Positions 36,700-44,771 of a stretch of 64,000 bases of DNA are shown one piece after another. Position numbers and translations under genes: made by a program. Numbering within the stretch: the stretch's first letter is position 1; each line of letters starts with the position of its first letter. The stretch comes from Candidatus Limnocylindrales bacterium (lineage in GTDB: Bacteria > Chloroflexota > Limnocylindria > Limnocylindrales > CSP1-4). The notes beneath the pieces were generated by a model. The model did no database searches. It was not told where the DNA came from and was given only the letters and a program-made list of their open reading frames with translations. Where the stretch lies: contig DATBFJ010000027.1 of the NCBI GenBank assembly GCA_036558545.1, positions 946 through 64,945 on the forward strand, read 5' to 3'.

Positions 36700-37662
36700 T
36701 CATGCCGATGTCGGGGCCGTTTCTGTCGTGGGATCTGCCGGGCGTGCAGTCGCGGAGGCGGTCGCGGGGGGTAGTTCGGTCCACGACGAGAGGTCTCGAT
36801 CGATGAGCTTGCCCAGCCGCTCGATCTCCGGCGTGAACTCCTCGATCAGCTCGCGGCGTAGCGTCGGATCCATGGGCGGCCGCGGCTTCGCCTCGCTGTT
36901 CATCTCGAGCATCTTCGTGCGCATGGAACGGACGAGCGGAAATCGGCGCAGGAACGGCGCGAGCGGGAGCAGCAGCTTTGGCGCGAAGATCAGCCTCTGG
37001 ACGAGAGGCGAGCGGACGCGCCGGTTCTCGTTCGAATTCGGCGGCGCGGCCGCGAGGCTAGGGTCCACGCCCAAAAACTCGAGAGCGCCACGGACGACAC
37101 CGGCTCCATCGCGCTTCATGTCGTCGGTCAGCATCACGTGTACGCGATCGCGGCCAAAGACGTCGAAATAGCGCTCAAGCTGCTCGGCGAAGTGAACGCT
37201 GTGGCGGTAGAAGAGGTTCTCGACATTTATAGGCCCGGGCGGCAGGCGCTTACCGGCCCTGCGGTCGGGCTCTGCGTCGAGTGCCTGTTTGAAGTCGGGG
37301 ATGTCCTCGATGACGTTGAAGATGAGCTGGTTGTGCTGTGCGTACATGACGTCAACCGGGTTGCGCAGCACCACCATGATCTGGGCGTCCGGTGAGAACT
37401 CCTTGATCTCCTTTGCCGCGGACGTCGAGTAGAGATACCAGGTGCTCGCCTCGCCGACGCGCTGCCCGGGCTTGGCATCCTTGAACAGGCGCAGGTAGTC
37501 GTCAAGGCTCATTCGGCCGTAGCGCCGCGTCAGGTCATCGCCGAAATACAGCGGCTCCTTGTGGAACGGCATGAAAATCTGCGGATGACGGCGCAACTGG
37601 TCGTAGAGGGCGGTGCTGCCGCTCTTGAACGCGCCGACAACGAAAAAGTCCGGTCGGGGCAT
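36700..37662 (-). CDS. PAPS-dependent sulfotransferase (paralog group A)
   Basis: FFVVGAFKSGSTALYDQLRRHPQIFMP and LRNPVDVMYAQH. Colinear similarity to 35641-36561 along the whole length. Confidence 0.85.
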   Translation of the reverse strand: MPRPDFFVVGAFKSGSTALYDQLRRHPQIFMPFHKEPLYFGDDLTRRYGRMSLDDYLRLFKDAKPGQRVGEASTWYLYSTSAAKEIKEFSPDAQIMVVLRNPVDVMYAQHNQLIFNVIEDIPDFKQALDAEPDRRAGKRLPPGPINVENLFYRHSVHFAEQLERYFDVFGRDRVHVMLTDDMKRDGAGVVRGALEFLGVDPSLAAAPPNSNENRRVRSPLVQRLIFAPKLLLPLAPFLRRFPLVRSMRTKMLEMNSEAKPRPPMDPTLRRELIEEFTPEIERLGKLIDRDLSSWTELPPATASATARPADPTTETAPTSA

Positions 37663-37728
37663 GGTTCCGAAGCATAACGTGCCGAGCAGTAGCGTCTCAC
37701 AACGGGTAGCCTCGCGGCGAGTGTTGAA

Positions 37729-38691
37729 ATGCGTGTTCTGCTAACCGGAGCTGCCGGCTTCATCGGCAGCCACCTGAGCGACCGGCTCATCGCCGACGGC
37801 CATGCCGTCGTGGGCGTGGACAACCTGTCCAGTGGCCGGCTTACGAACCTTGCCCAGCTGAGGGCGGAACGGCGGTTCGAGTTCGTCGAGGCGGATGCAG
37901 CCGAGCCCCTATCCGTCAGCGGTCCTTTCGACTGGGTCATGCACTTGGCCAGCCCAGCCTCGCCGCCGCGCTATATGCGCGATCCGATCGCCACCCTCCG
38001 CGTGAACTCTGAGGGAACGCGTCACCTTCTTGAGCTGGCCCGCGCGAACGGAGCGTCCTTCTTCCTGGCCAGCACCAGCGAGGTATATGGCGATCCCCAG
38101 GAGCATCCGCAACCAGAGAGCTACTGGGGCAACGTCAATCCGATCGGACCACGCAGTGTCTACGACGAAGCCAAGCGCTATGGCGAGGCCGTGGCGATGG
38201 CATACCACGGCCAATATCGTGTTCCGTTGCGGATCAGCCGCATCTTCAACACCTACGGTCCGCGGATGCACCCCGAAGACGGCCGCGTAGTCTCGAACCT
38301 GATAGTTCAAGCCCTGCACGATCAGCCGCTGACCGTCTACGGCGACGGTCAGCAGACGCGCAGCTTCCAGTTTGTCGACGATCTTGTCGAGGGAATCATC
38401 CGGCTCATGGCAGTCGACTACGACCGCCCGGTCAACCTGGGCAACCCAGTCGAGTGGACCGTGCTCGAGCTCGGCCAGCTGATCAAGAGCATGACCGGCA
38501 CCGGCGCGAGCCTGGTCTTCGAGCCGCTGCCCGTCGACGATCCACGGCGCCGCAGGCCGGACATCGGCCTGGCCAGGGAATTGCTCGGCTGGGAGCCACA
38601 GGTGCCGCTCGAGCAGGGCCTCCGAAGGACGATCGAAGCGTTTCGCGCCGAGCTCGCGTCCTCTGCAAGGGTCGAGGCCGGCGCCTCGTGA
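37729..38691 (+). CDS. uxs: UDP-glucuronate decarboxylase (UDP-xylose synthase), SDR family
   Basis: [14 protein letters not shown] Rossmann motif. [40 protein letters not shown] is the highly conserved UXS block containing the YxxxK catalytic site. Confidence 0.9.
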   Translation: MRVLLTGAAGFIGSHLSDRLIADGHAVVGVDNLSSGRLTNLAQLRAERRFEFVEADAAEPLSVSGPFDWVMHLASPASPPRYMRDPIATLRVNSEGTRHLLELARANGASFFLASTSEVYGDPQEHPQPESYWGNVNPIGPRSVYDEAKRYGEAVAMAYHGQYRVPLRISRIFNTYGPRMHPEDGRVVSNLIVQALHDQPLTVYGDGQQTRSFQFVDDLVEGIIRLMAVDYDRPVNLGNPVEWTVLELGQLIKSMTGTGASLVFEPLPVDDPRRRRPDIGLARELLGWEPQVPLEQGLRRTIEAFRAELASSARVEAGAS

Positions 38692-39614
38692 CCAGGGCAC
38701 GGATCACGGGCGCGATCCTGACGCGCAACGAGGCAGCGAACGTCGAATTTGCGCTGCGCAGCCTGTACACGTGGTGCGACGAGGTGATCGTCGTCGACAT
38801 GCAGAGCTCGGATGCCACCCGCGACATTGCGCGGCGCTACACCAAACTCGTCCTCGATCACGAGCCGATCACGGACTTTGGCCTGGCACGCCAGATGGCC
38901 GTCGACAACGCCACGTCGGATTGGATCCTGTCGATCGATGCCGACGAGGTCGTCACGCCTGGCCTCGCCGCTTGGATCCGCGACTTCATCGATTCGGACC
39001 CGGCCTACGACGTCGCGTTGATCCCACGGGTGAATGTCTTCCTGGGCCGCTGGTTGCGATCGACGCCGTGGTGGCCGGGCAAGCCGCGCTTATTCCGCAA
39101 GGGAACGCTGACGGTCACGGCCGACCTGCACCACAGCCTGCTGCCCAACCCGGACGCACGCATCGCGAAGCTACCCAAGGACCCGCGCATCTCGCTGTGG
39201 CATTTCACGCGGCTCAGCCTCGAAGACATCGCGACCAAGACCAATCGCTACACCTCGATCGAGGCACACACGATGCTGCGTGAAGGTCGCGGCGATCCGT
39301 CCGCCACTGATCTGTTCTGGCGCTCGTTCCGCGAGATAGGCGTGTACTTCTTCAAGCGTGGCTATCGCGACGGATTGGGCGGTCTCGCCTACGCTCTCGA
39401 TCGGGCTTATTACCGGTTCCTGATGCATGCCAAGCGTTGGGACATGACTCGCGCACCGGCGCGTCAGGAGCGCTACGACCGCTGGCGCGACTCGATTTTG
39501 AGCGATTTTCCAGGCGAGGGCAGAGCGCCGCAGAGAGTCAAGGGCCGAGCCGCCAGGAAGTCTTCCTCGGTATCATCGACGCTCGCGGACCCGAGCAAGG
39601 TGGAGCCTGCCTAG
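38688..39614 (+). CDS. Glycosyltransferase, GT2 family (canonical DxD)
   Basis: [21 protein letters not shown]...[13 protein letters not shown] and ILSIDADE (DxD). GTG 38688 overlaps the uxs stop (GTGA). Confidence 0.8.
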   Translation: MTRARITGAILTRNEAANVEFALRSLYTWCDEVIVVDMQSSDATRDIARRYTKLVLDHEPITDFGLARQMAVDNATSDWILSIDADEVVTPGLAAWIRDFIDSDPAYDVALIPRVNVFLGRWLRSTPWWPGKPRLFRKGTLTVTADLHHSLLPNPDARIAKLPKDPRISLWHFTRLSLEDIATKTNRYTSIEAHTMLREGRGDPSATDLFWRSFREIGVYFFKRGYRDGLGGLAYALDRAYYRFLMHAKRWDMTRAPARQERYDRWRDSILSDFPGEGRAPQRVKGRAARKSSSVSSTLADPSKVEPA

Positions 39615-40603
39615 TGACCCGAACCCCAGACCTGTTCATCGTCGGTGCGCCCAAGAGCGGTACAACGTCGCTGTACGAGTACCTCAAAGGCCATCCCGAG
39701 GTGTTCATGTCCGTGGTCAAGGAGCCCTGCTATTTTGCTCGCGACCTGGCCCTCGACGACTCCGGCAATTTCATGATCTATGGTCGCGACGCAGAGCATT
39801 ACGCGGAGCTGTTCGCTGACGCCGGCGATGCAAAGCGCGCGGGCGAGGGCTCGACGCGCTATCTGTACTCGCTCGACGCACCGACCTTGATCCGCGAGGC
39901 ACAACCGGACGCCTTCGTGATCGCGATGCTGCGCAATCCGGTGGACATGATCCAGTCACTGCACGCGCACAAGCTCGCCGCCGGAACCGAGGACGAGCCC
40001 GACTTCGAGAAGGCGCTCGCCCTGGAAGCCGAGCGACACGCCGGACGCCGGATCCCCAAGCATTCGAACCCAAAGCTGGCGACCTATCGCGACCGGGCGA
40101 TGTTCGCGGATCAACTCCAGCACTGGATCGATGCCTTCGGCCGCGAGCGCGTCCACGTCGGCATCCTCGAGGACATGATCCGCAACCCGGCGGCAGAATT
40201 CCGCAAGACGCTCGAGTTCCTGCAGGTTGATCCCGACTGGCAGCCCGAGTCGTTTTCTGCCTACAACACGGCCCACGGCGCGAGATCCGTGTTCGTGCGC
40301 CGCGTGCTCAACGGCAAGATTCCGCAATGGTTCGTATGGCGGGCCTTGCCGCGCCTGATCGGCGACACGCGAACCCGGGAGCTGGTTCGTGATTTCCGCC
40401 ACTCATGGTTCCATCGCAGGCCGATCAAGAAAGGCCCGATGCGGGCGGAGATGCGCCGCCAGCTCGAGGATGAGTTCATGCCCGACGTCACGCGCGTGTC
40501 GCAGATGCTCGGCCGCGATCTCGGCCAGCTGTGGTTCAAACGGCCGGCCCTGGGTACGCCCGCAACGCCACGGCCAAAGAAGGAGACGGTCACCGCCTCG
40601 TGA
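39614..40603 (+). CDS. PAPS-dependent sulfotransferase (paralog group A)
   Basis: [41 protein letters not shown] is nearly identical in pattern to the N-terminus of 13688-14626. LRNPVDMIQSLH is present. GTG 39614 abuts the upstream TAG. Confidence 0.85.
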   Translation: MTRTPDLFIVGAPKSGTTSLYEYLKGHPEVFMSVVKEPCYFARDLALDDSGNFMIYGRDAEHYAELFADAGDAKRAGEGSTRYLYSLDAPTLIREAQPDAFVIAMLRNPVDMIQSLHAHKLAAGTEDEPDFEKALALEAERHAGRRIPKHSNPKLATYRDRAMFADQLQHWIDAFGRERVHVGILEDMIRNPAAEFRKTLEFLQVDPDWQPESFSAYNTAHGARSVFVRRVLNGKIPQWFVWRALPRLIGDTRTRELVRDFRHSWFHRRPIKKGPMRAEMRRQLEDEFMPDVTRVSQMLGRDLGQLWFKRPALGTPATPRPKKETVTAS

Positions 40604-40613
40604 GGCTGGCTCG

Positions 40614-41168
40614 ATGACGCACCCCACGGGCCGCGGCGCGTGCCTGTGGTTCACCGGGCTGTCCGGCGCCGGCAAGACGACGACCGCAGATGCTCTCGTG
40701 CCGATGCTCGAGGCACGCGGCAGGACTGTGACGGTTCTGGACGGGGACATAGTCCGGACTCATCTGTCCAAGGGACTGGGGTTTTCAAAAGAGGACCGCG
40801 ACGAGAACGTCCGGCGCGTCGGCTTCGTGGCGGCGGAGATCGTGCGCCACGGGGGCATGGTCGTGTGTTCGCTCGTGTCGCCGTACCGAGCGACACGCGA
40901 CGAGGTCCGCGCGATGGTCGATGATGCGGGCGGACCCGGATCGTTCATCGAGATATTCGTGGACACGCCACTTGACGAGGTCGTGCGCCGCGACGTCAAG
41001 GGCTGGTATGCCGGCGCCGAACGCGGCGAGGTCAAGAACATGACCGGCGTGTCCGATCCCTACGAACCTCCCGAAGCCCCCGAGATGCGCCTGACCACTC
41101 TCAATCGCAGTGTCGACGAGAACGTTCACATCGTCGTCTCATTCCTCGAGGAACGCCGGCTGCTGTAG
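40614..41168 (+). CDS. cysC: Adenylylsulfate (APS) kinase
   Basis: P-loop WFTGLSGAGKTTTA, then LDGDIVRTHLSKGLGFSKEDRDENVRRVGFVA and SPYRATRD, the conserved APS kinase blocks. The start is moved to ATG 40614. Confidence 0.9.
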   Translation: MTHPTGRGACLWFTGLSGAGKTTTADALVPMLEARGRTVTVLDGDIVRTHLSKGLGFSKEDRDENVRRVGFVAAEIVRHGGMVVCSLVSPYRATRDEVRAMVDDAGGPGSFIEIFVDTPLDEVVRRDVKGWYAGAERGEVKNMTGVSDPYEPPEAPEMRLTTLNRSVDENVHIVVSFLEERRLL

Positions 41169-41252
41169 GTCAATTTGCGCCATTTGGCCCTTGTGGGGCA
41201 CAGGGTCGCCGCACGAGTGTGATTGCCACAGTTGGCTCTAGGAGGTGCGTTG

Positions 41253-41633
41253 ATGCACATCACCCAGTCCGGTTCAACGGATCTAATGCAGATCGTCCTC
41301 AACAACGACGACTTCCGGCGCGTCATCGAGACGGGCGAACACGAGCAGGTCGTCGCAATGACTCTCAAGGAAGGCGAGGACATCGGATCGGAGGTCCATC
41401 CGACCACTGATCAGGTGTTCATTTTCGTCGCCGGCGAGGGAGAGGCCGTCCTCGACGGTCGGTCGCAACGGTTTGACGACGGTGACCTCGTCTTTGTCCG
41501 TGCCGGCACAGAGCACAACATCGTCAACCGCGGCGGAGTTCCGCTGCGGCTGATAACGATCTATGCGCCGCCAGAGCATGCGCCAGGGACCGTGCACCGC
41601 ACCAAGGCGGAAGCGCAGGCCGAGGAGCACTGA
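41253..41633 (+). CDS. Cupin domain protein
   Basis: Cupin motifs GEDIGSEVHPTTDQVFIFVAGEG and GDLVFVRAGTEHNIVN. ATG 41253 is preceded by GGAGGT. The ORF-track start at 41223 is also possible. Confidence 0.7.
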   Translation: MHITQSGSTDLMQIVLNNDDFRRVIETGEHEQVVAMTLKEGEDIGSEVHPTTDQVFIFVAGEGEAVLDGRSQRFDDGDLVFVRAGTEHNIVNRGGVPLRLITIYAPPEHAPGTVHRTKAEAQAEEH

Positions 41634-41934
41634 CTGCCGCCGCCTGACGTTCGGGCCGGACGGAACTGGCGGTGTCCTTCAAACAGGGCAAATAGGGGGA
41701 GTTGGCTTGATGGAGTTTTCGGCTGCTTCGCCGACGACCCATCCGCGCAAACCGCTCTTTGCGCGCTGGAGCAATGGCGCGTGGGTGAACGTCTCCGGGC
41801 CCTGGACGGGATTCGGGGTGATGAATGCAGTCAGGGCTGTCAGCTTGTCCAACGCCTGGTCAGTGGGATCGATCGGCTCGTACACGTTCTGGACGGTCGG
41901 AACCGTGCAGAAGAACTCGTGTGTACTGCGCCCG

Positions 41935-42684
41935 CTACATCATAACGAGGCCGCCGTCGACGGCGAGAACCTGTCCGGTGATGTACGCGGCTTCATCGGA
42001 GGCCAGAAAGGCGACCGCGTAGGCAACCTCCTCGGTCGTGCCGAAGCGGCCGAGGGGCGTCCTGTCGGTGATCTGTGACTTGAGGTCGTCATTGAGGTCC
42101 TGAGTCAGCTCGGTCAGGACGAAGCCCGGCGCGACTGCATTGACCGTGATGCCTCGTGATGCGAGCTCCCGTGCCGCTGCCTTGGTAAGGCCGATCAGGC
42201 CGGCCTTGGCGGACGAATAGTTGGCCTGGCCCATCTGGCCGGCCTGACCGCTCACGCTGGTGATCTGGATGATCCGGCCGGACTTGGCCCGGAGCATCGG
42301 ACGGGTAACGGCCTTGAGCGTGTAGAACGCGCCGAAGAGGTTCGTCTCGAGCACGTCGCGCCAGGCGTCCACCGACATGCGCATGATCAGATCATCTCGC
42401 GTGACGCCGGCGTTATTGACGAGGATGTCGACCTTGCCGAACGCATCGAGGGCAGCCTTGATCAGCGCCTCGGCCGCCTCCGGATCGGTCACGTTGGCCT
42501 GGACCGCGAGCGCCTTGCGGTCGAGCGCCTCGATCTCCGTGACCGTCTGCCTGGCGGCGCCCGCGTTGCTGACGTACGAAAAACAGATATCGGAACCCTG
42601 CTCGGCCAGGCGCAGCGCGATGGCCCTGCCGATGCCCCGCGACCCGCCAGTGACGACCGCGGCTTTTCCGGTCAGATCAATCAT
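41935..42684 (-). CDS. fabG: 3-oxoacyl-[ACP] reductase
   Basis: TGGSRGIGRAIA cofactor motif, NNAG, catalytic YSSAKAG, and full-length similarity to the FabG pattern. Confidence 0.9.
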   Translation of the reverse strand: MIDLTGKAAVVTGGSRGIGRAIALRLAEQGSDICFSYVSNAGAARQTVTEIEALDRKALAVQANVTDPEAAEALIKAALDAFGKVDILVNNAGVTRDDLIMRMSVDAWRDVLETNLFGAFYTLKAVTRPMLRAKSGRIIQITSVSGQAGQMGQANYSSAKAGLIGLTKAAARELASRGITVNAVAPGFVLTELTQDLNDDLKSQITDRTPLGRFGTTEEVAYAVAFLASDEAAYITGQVLAVDGGLVMM

Positions 42685-43090
42685 GGCGTGAGTCTAAGGT
42701 CGAGATCAGCCTTCGTTCGACGATGGTTATCGGCGTCGTGCCTCTGATGGAGTTCGGGATCTCGGCAATTCGATCGACCTCGTCAAGCAAAGCGCCCAGG
42801 TCATCTTGAGTCGCGTCTCCGGTAATCGAGACGGTCACCGAGATCGGCGAAGACGGCTCGCCGCGTCCCGGAAAATCGCCGTCAACTGATAGAGCGACGT
42901 CGCGCAGGCTGATTCCACGAGATGAAGCTTCGCGGAAGAGATCGTTGGAGATACATGCCGCGATAGAGAGGTAAAGCAGCTGGCCGCCGTTGAAGCCCCG
43001 GCCTCCGCCGGCTGGAGCGGGTCGGTCGGCTACGAGCGTGAAGTGCCCTCCCCATCCAAGCGCCGTCGGTCCACCATCGACCGAGTGCAT
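42677..43090 (-). CDS. OsmC/Ohr family peroxiredoxin-like protein
   Basis: GFNGGQLLYLSIAACISNDL plus the length fit the OsmC family. Start is ATG 43090, or alternatively TTG 43114 overlapping the fabH stop (TTGA). The ORF-track N-terminus is an Arg-rich extension. Confidence 0.6.
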   Translation of the reverse strand: MHSVDGGPTALGWGGHFTLVADRPAPAGGGRGFNGGQLLYLSIAACISNDLFREASSRGISLRDVALSVDGDFPGRGEPSSPISVTVSITGDATQDDLGALLDEVDRIAEIPNSIRGTTPITIVERRLISTLDSRHD

Positions 43091-43110
43091 CTCGACACGG
43101 AAGGTGTCGC

Positions 43111-44295
43111 TCAAGCGAGCACCTCGTGGTGCGCGTGCTCGGGCTCGCCGGGCACTACGTCGTCGAGGGGCACGGGCGGTCCGGCGGCCTCCAGGACTTG
43201 GCGCAGCCGGTCGGGAATCGGATCGACCGAGCCCCATTCGACCGGCTCGCGCACGCTCGCGACCGGCTCAACTGCCAGCGCTCGCTGTCCGCACGTCGGA
43301 TCGGCCGTCCACTCGAGCGCAATTCCACCTGAGGTCAGGCCGGCGCCAAACGCGACCAGCACAATCTTGTCGCCGATCTTGATACGGCCAGAGTCGACTG
43401 CCTCCGCAAGGGCGATGCCCACCGAGGCTGCCGACGTGTTCCCGTAGCGATCGACATTGACGAACATCTTGTCCATAGGCAGGCCAAGCCCCTTTGCGAC
43501 CGATTCGATGATGCGGACGTTGGCCTGGTGAGGAATGAACAGGTCGATATCGTCGGGCTTCCAACCGGCCCGTTCGATCGCGGTCAGGGCCGTCGTGGCC
43601 ATCGTCTTGGTGGCGAACCGGTAAGTCTCTTTTCCTTCCATGCGGACGTAGTGCTCGCCGCGGGCGAGCGTGCCGCCCGTCACGGGCGACCGCGAGCCGC
43701 CGGACGGCAGCCAGATCATGTATGCGCCATCCGGGTCGGTCGTCATCTCGATGCCCTGCATGCCGCCGCCCTCTTCCTCGGAGGCGGACAGCACCACGGC
43801 TCCGGCACCGTCTCCGAACAGGATGCACGTCGAGCGATCGGAGAAATCGAGGAAGCGCGTTAGCGTCTCAGCGCCGATTACCAGCGCGTTCTTGTAGATC
43901 CCGGAGCGGATATAGGCGTCGGCCACCGAGTAGGCGTAGACAAAGCCCGAGCAGGCGGCCATTACGTCCATTGCCGCTGCTCGCGTGTTGCCGATCGCCT
44001 CCTTCACCAGCGCCCCGGTCGAAGGCATCCAGTAGTCGGGCGTGAGCGTCGCGACGAGGATCACGTCGATGTCGTCGGGTTGGAGCCCGGCGACGGCGAT
44101 CGCCCGCTTGCCGGCGATCGCCGACAAGGTGGCCGTGGTTTCGTGCGCTGCGGCGACGCGGCGTTCGCGGATGCCTGTGCGCTGGACGATCCACTCGTCC
44201 GATGTGTCGACGACGCGTTCCAGGTCCGCATTGGTCAGCCGGCGCTCCGGTGCGTACATCCCCCAGCCGGTGACGCGAACGCTCTTTGGAGTCAT
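43111..44295 (-). CDS. fabH: 3-oxoacyl-[ACP] synthase III with ~65-aa C-terminal extension
   Basis: Catalytic triad contexts MAACSGF (Cys), IPHQAN (His) and YGNTSAAS (Asn). The core ends at ..GGIALEW (aa 329). An additional 65 aa follow (43111-43308). Confidence 0.9.
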   Translation of the reverse strand: MTPKSVRVTGWGMYAPERRLTNADLERVVDTSDEWIVQRTGIRERRVAAAHETTATLSAIAGKRAIAVAGLQPDDIDVILVATLTPDYWMPSTGALVKEAIGNTRAAAMDVMAACSGFVYAYSVADAYIRSGIYKNALVIGAETLTRFLDFSDRSTCILFGDGAGAVVLSASEEEGGGMQGIEMTTDPDGAYMIWLPSGGSRSPVTGGTLARGEHYVRMEGKETYRFATKTMATTALTAIERAGWKPDDIDLFIPHQANVRIIESVAKGLGLPMDKMFVNVDRYGNTSAASVGIALAEAVDSGRIKIGDKIVLVAFGAGLTSGGIALEWTADPTCGQRALAVEPVASVREPVEWGSVDPIPDRLRQVLEAAGPPVPLDDVVPGEPEHAHHEVLA

Positions 44296-44771
44296 GCCTC
44301 GACCTCGATCAGCGGCTGCTTTGCCTTCACCAGTGCACCATCCTCGGGATAGATACGCGTAACGCGACCGGCGCGGTCGCTCTTGATCTCGTTAAACAGC
44401 TTCATTGCCTCGATCAGGCCGATCACCTGTCCGATCGTGATCGTGCCTCCAACCGTCACGTAGGGCTGCGCACCGGGAGAGGGAGACGAGTAGAAAAGTC
44501 CCGTCAACGGCGCCATGACGGCATTGAGCGGAGGCCCATCCGATGCGGCCGACGCGGGTGCCGCTCCGGCTGCCGCTCCGTCCGTTGCAGCCGCCGCCGT
44601 CGGAGCGGCGGCGGTTTGTGGCGCGATGGCATTCGGCTTGCGCAGCACGAGGCCGGTGGCTCCCGCCTCGACCTCTATCTCGGACAGGCCGGAGTCGTTG
44701 AGCAGGCGCTCGAGGCGGTCGATCAGGTCGACCAGCTCCGGGGCATCCTGGCCGGGGTTGGAGTCGCTCAC
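44292..44771 (-). CDS. accB: Biotin carboxyl carrier protein (canonical, biotinylatable)
   Basis: Ala/Pro-rich linker, then VIGLIEAMKLFNEIKSDRAGRV with the EAMK biotinylation motif. Confidence 0.9.
   Translation of the reverse strand: MSDSNPGQDAPELVDLIDRLERLLNDSGLSEIEVEAGATGLVLRKPNAIAPQTAAAPTAAAATDGAAAGAAPASAASDGPPLNAVMAPLTGLFYSSPSPGAQPYVTVGGTITIGQVIGLIEAMKLFNEIKSDRAGRVTRIYPEDGALVKAKQPLIEVEA

Noticed and set aside
41563-42078. 171-aa plus-strand ORF spanning the cupin 3' end, the spacer and the fabG 3' end.
   Set aside because: The first and last thirds overlap well-supported genes (cupin in another frame, fabG antisense). Only the central spacer part is kept, as a possible remnant (see findings).
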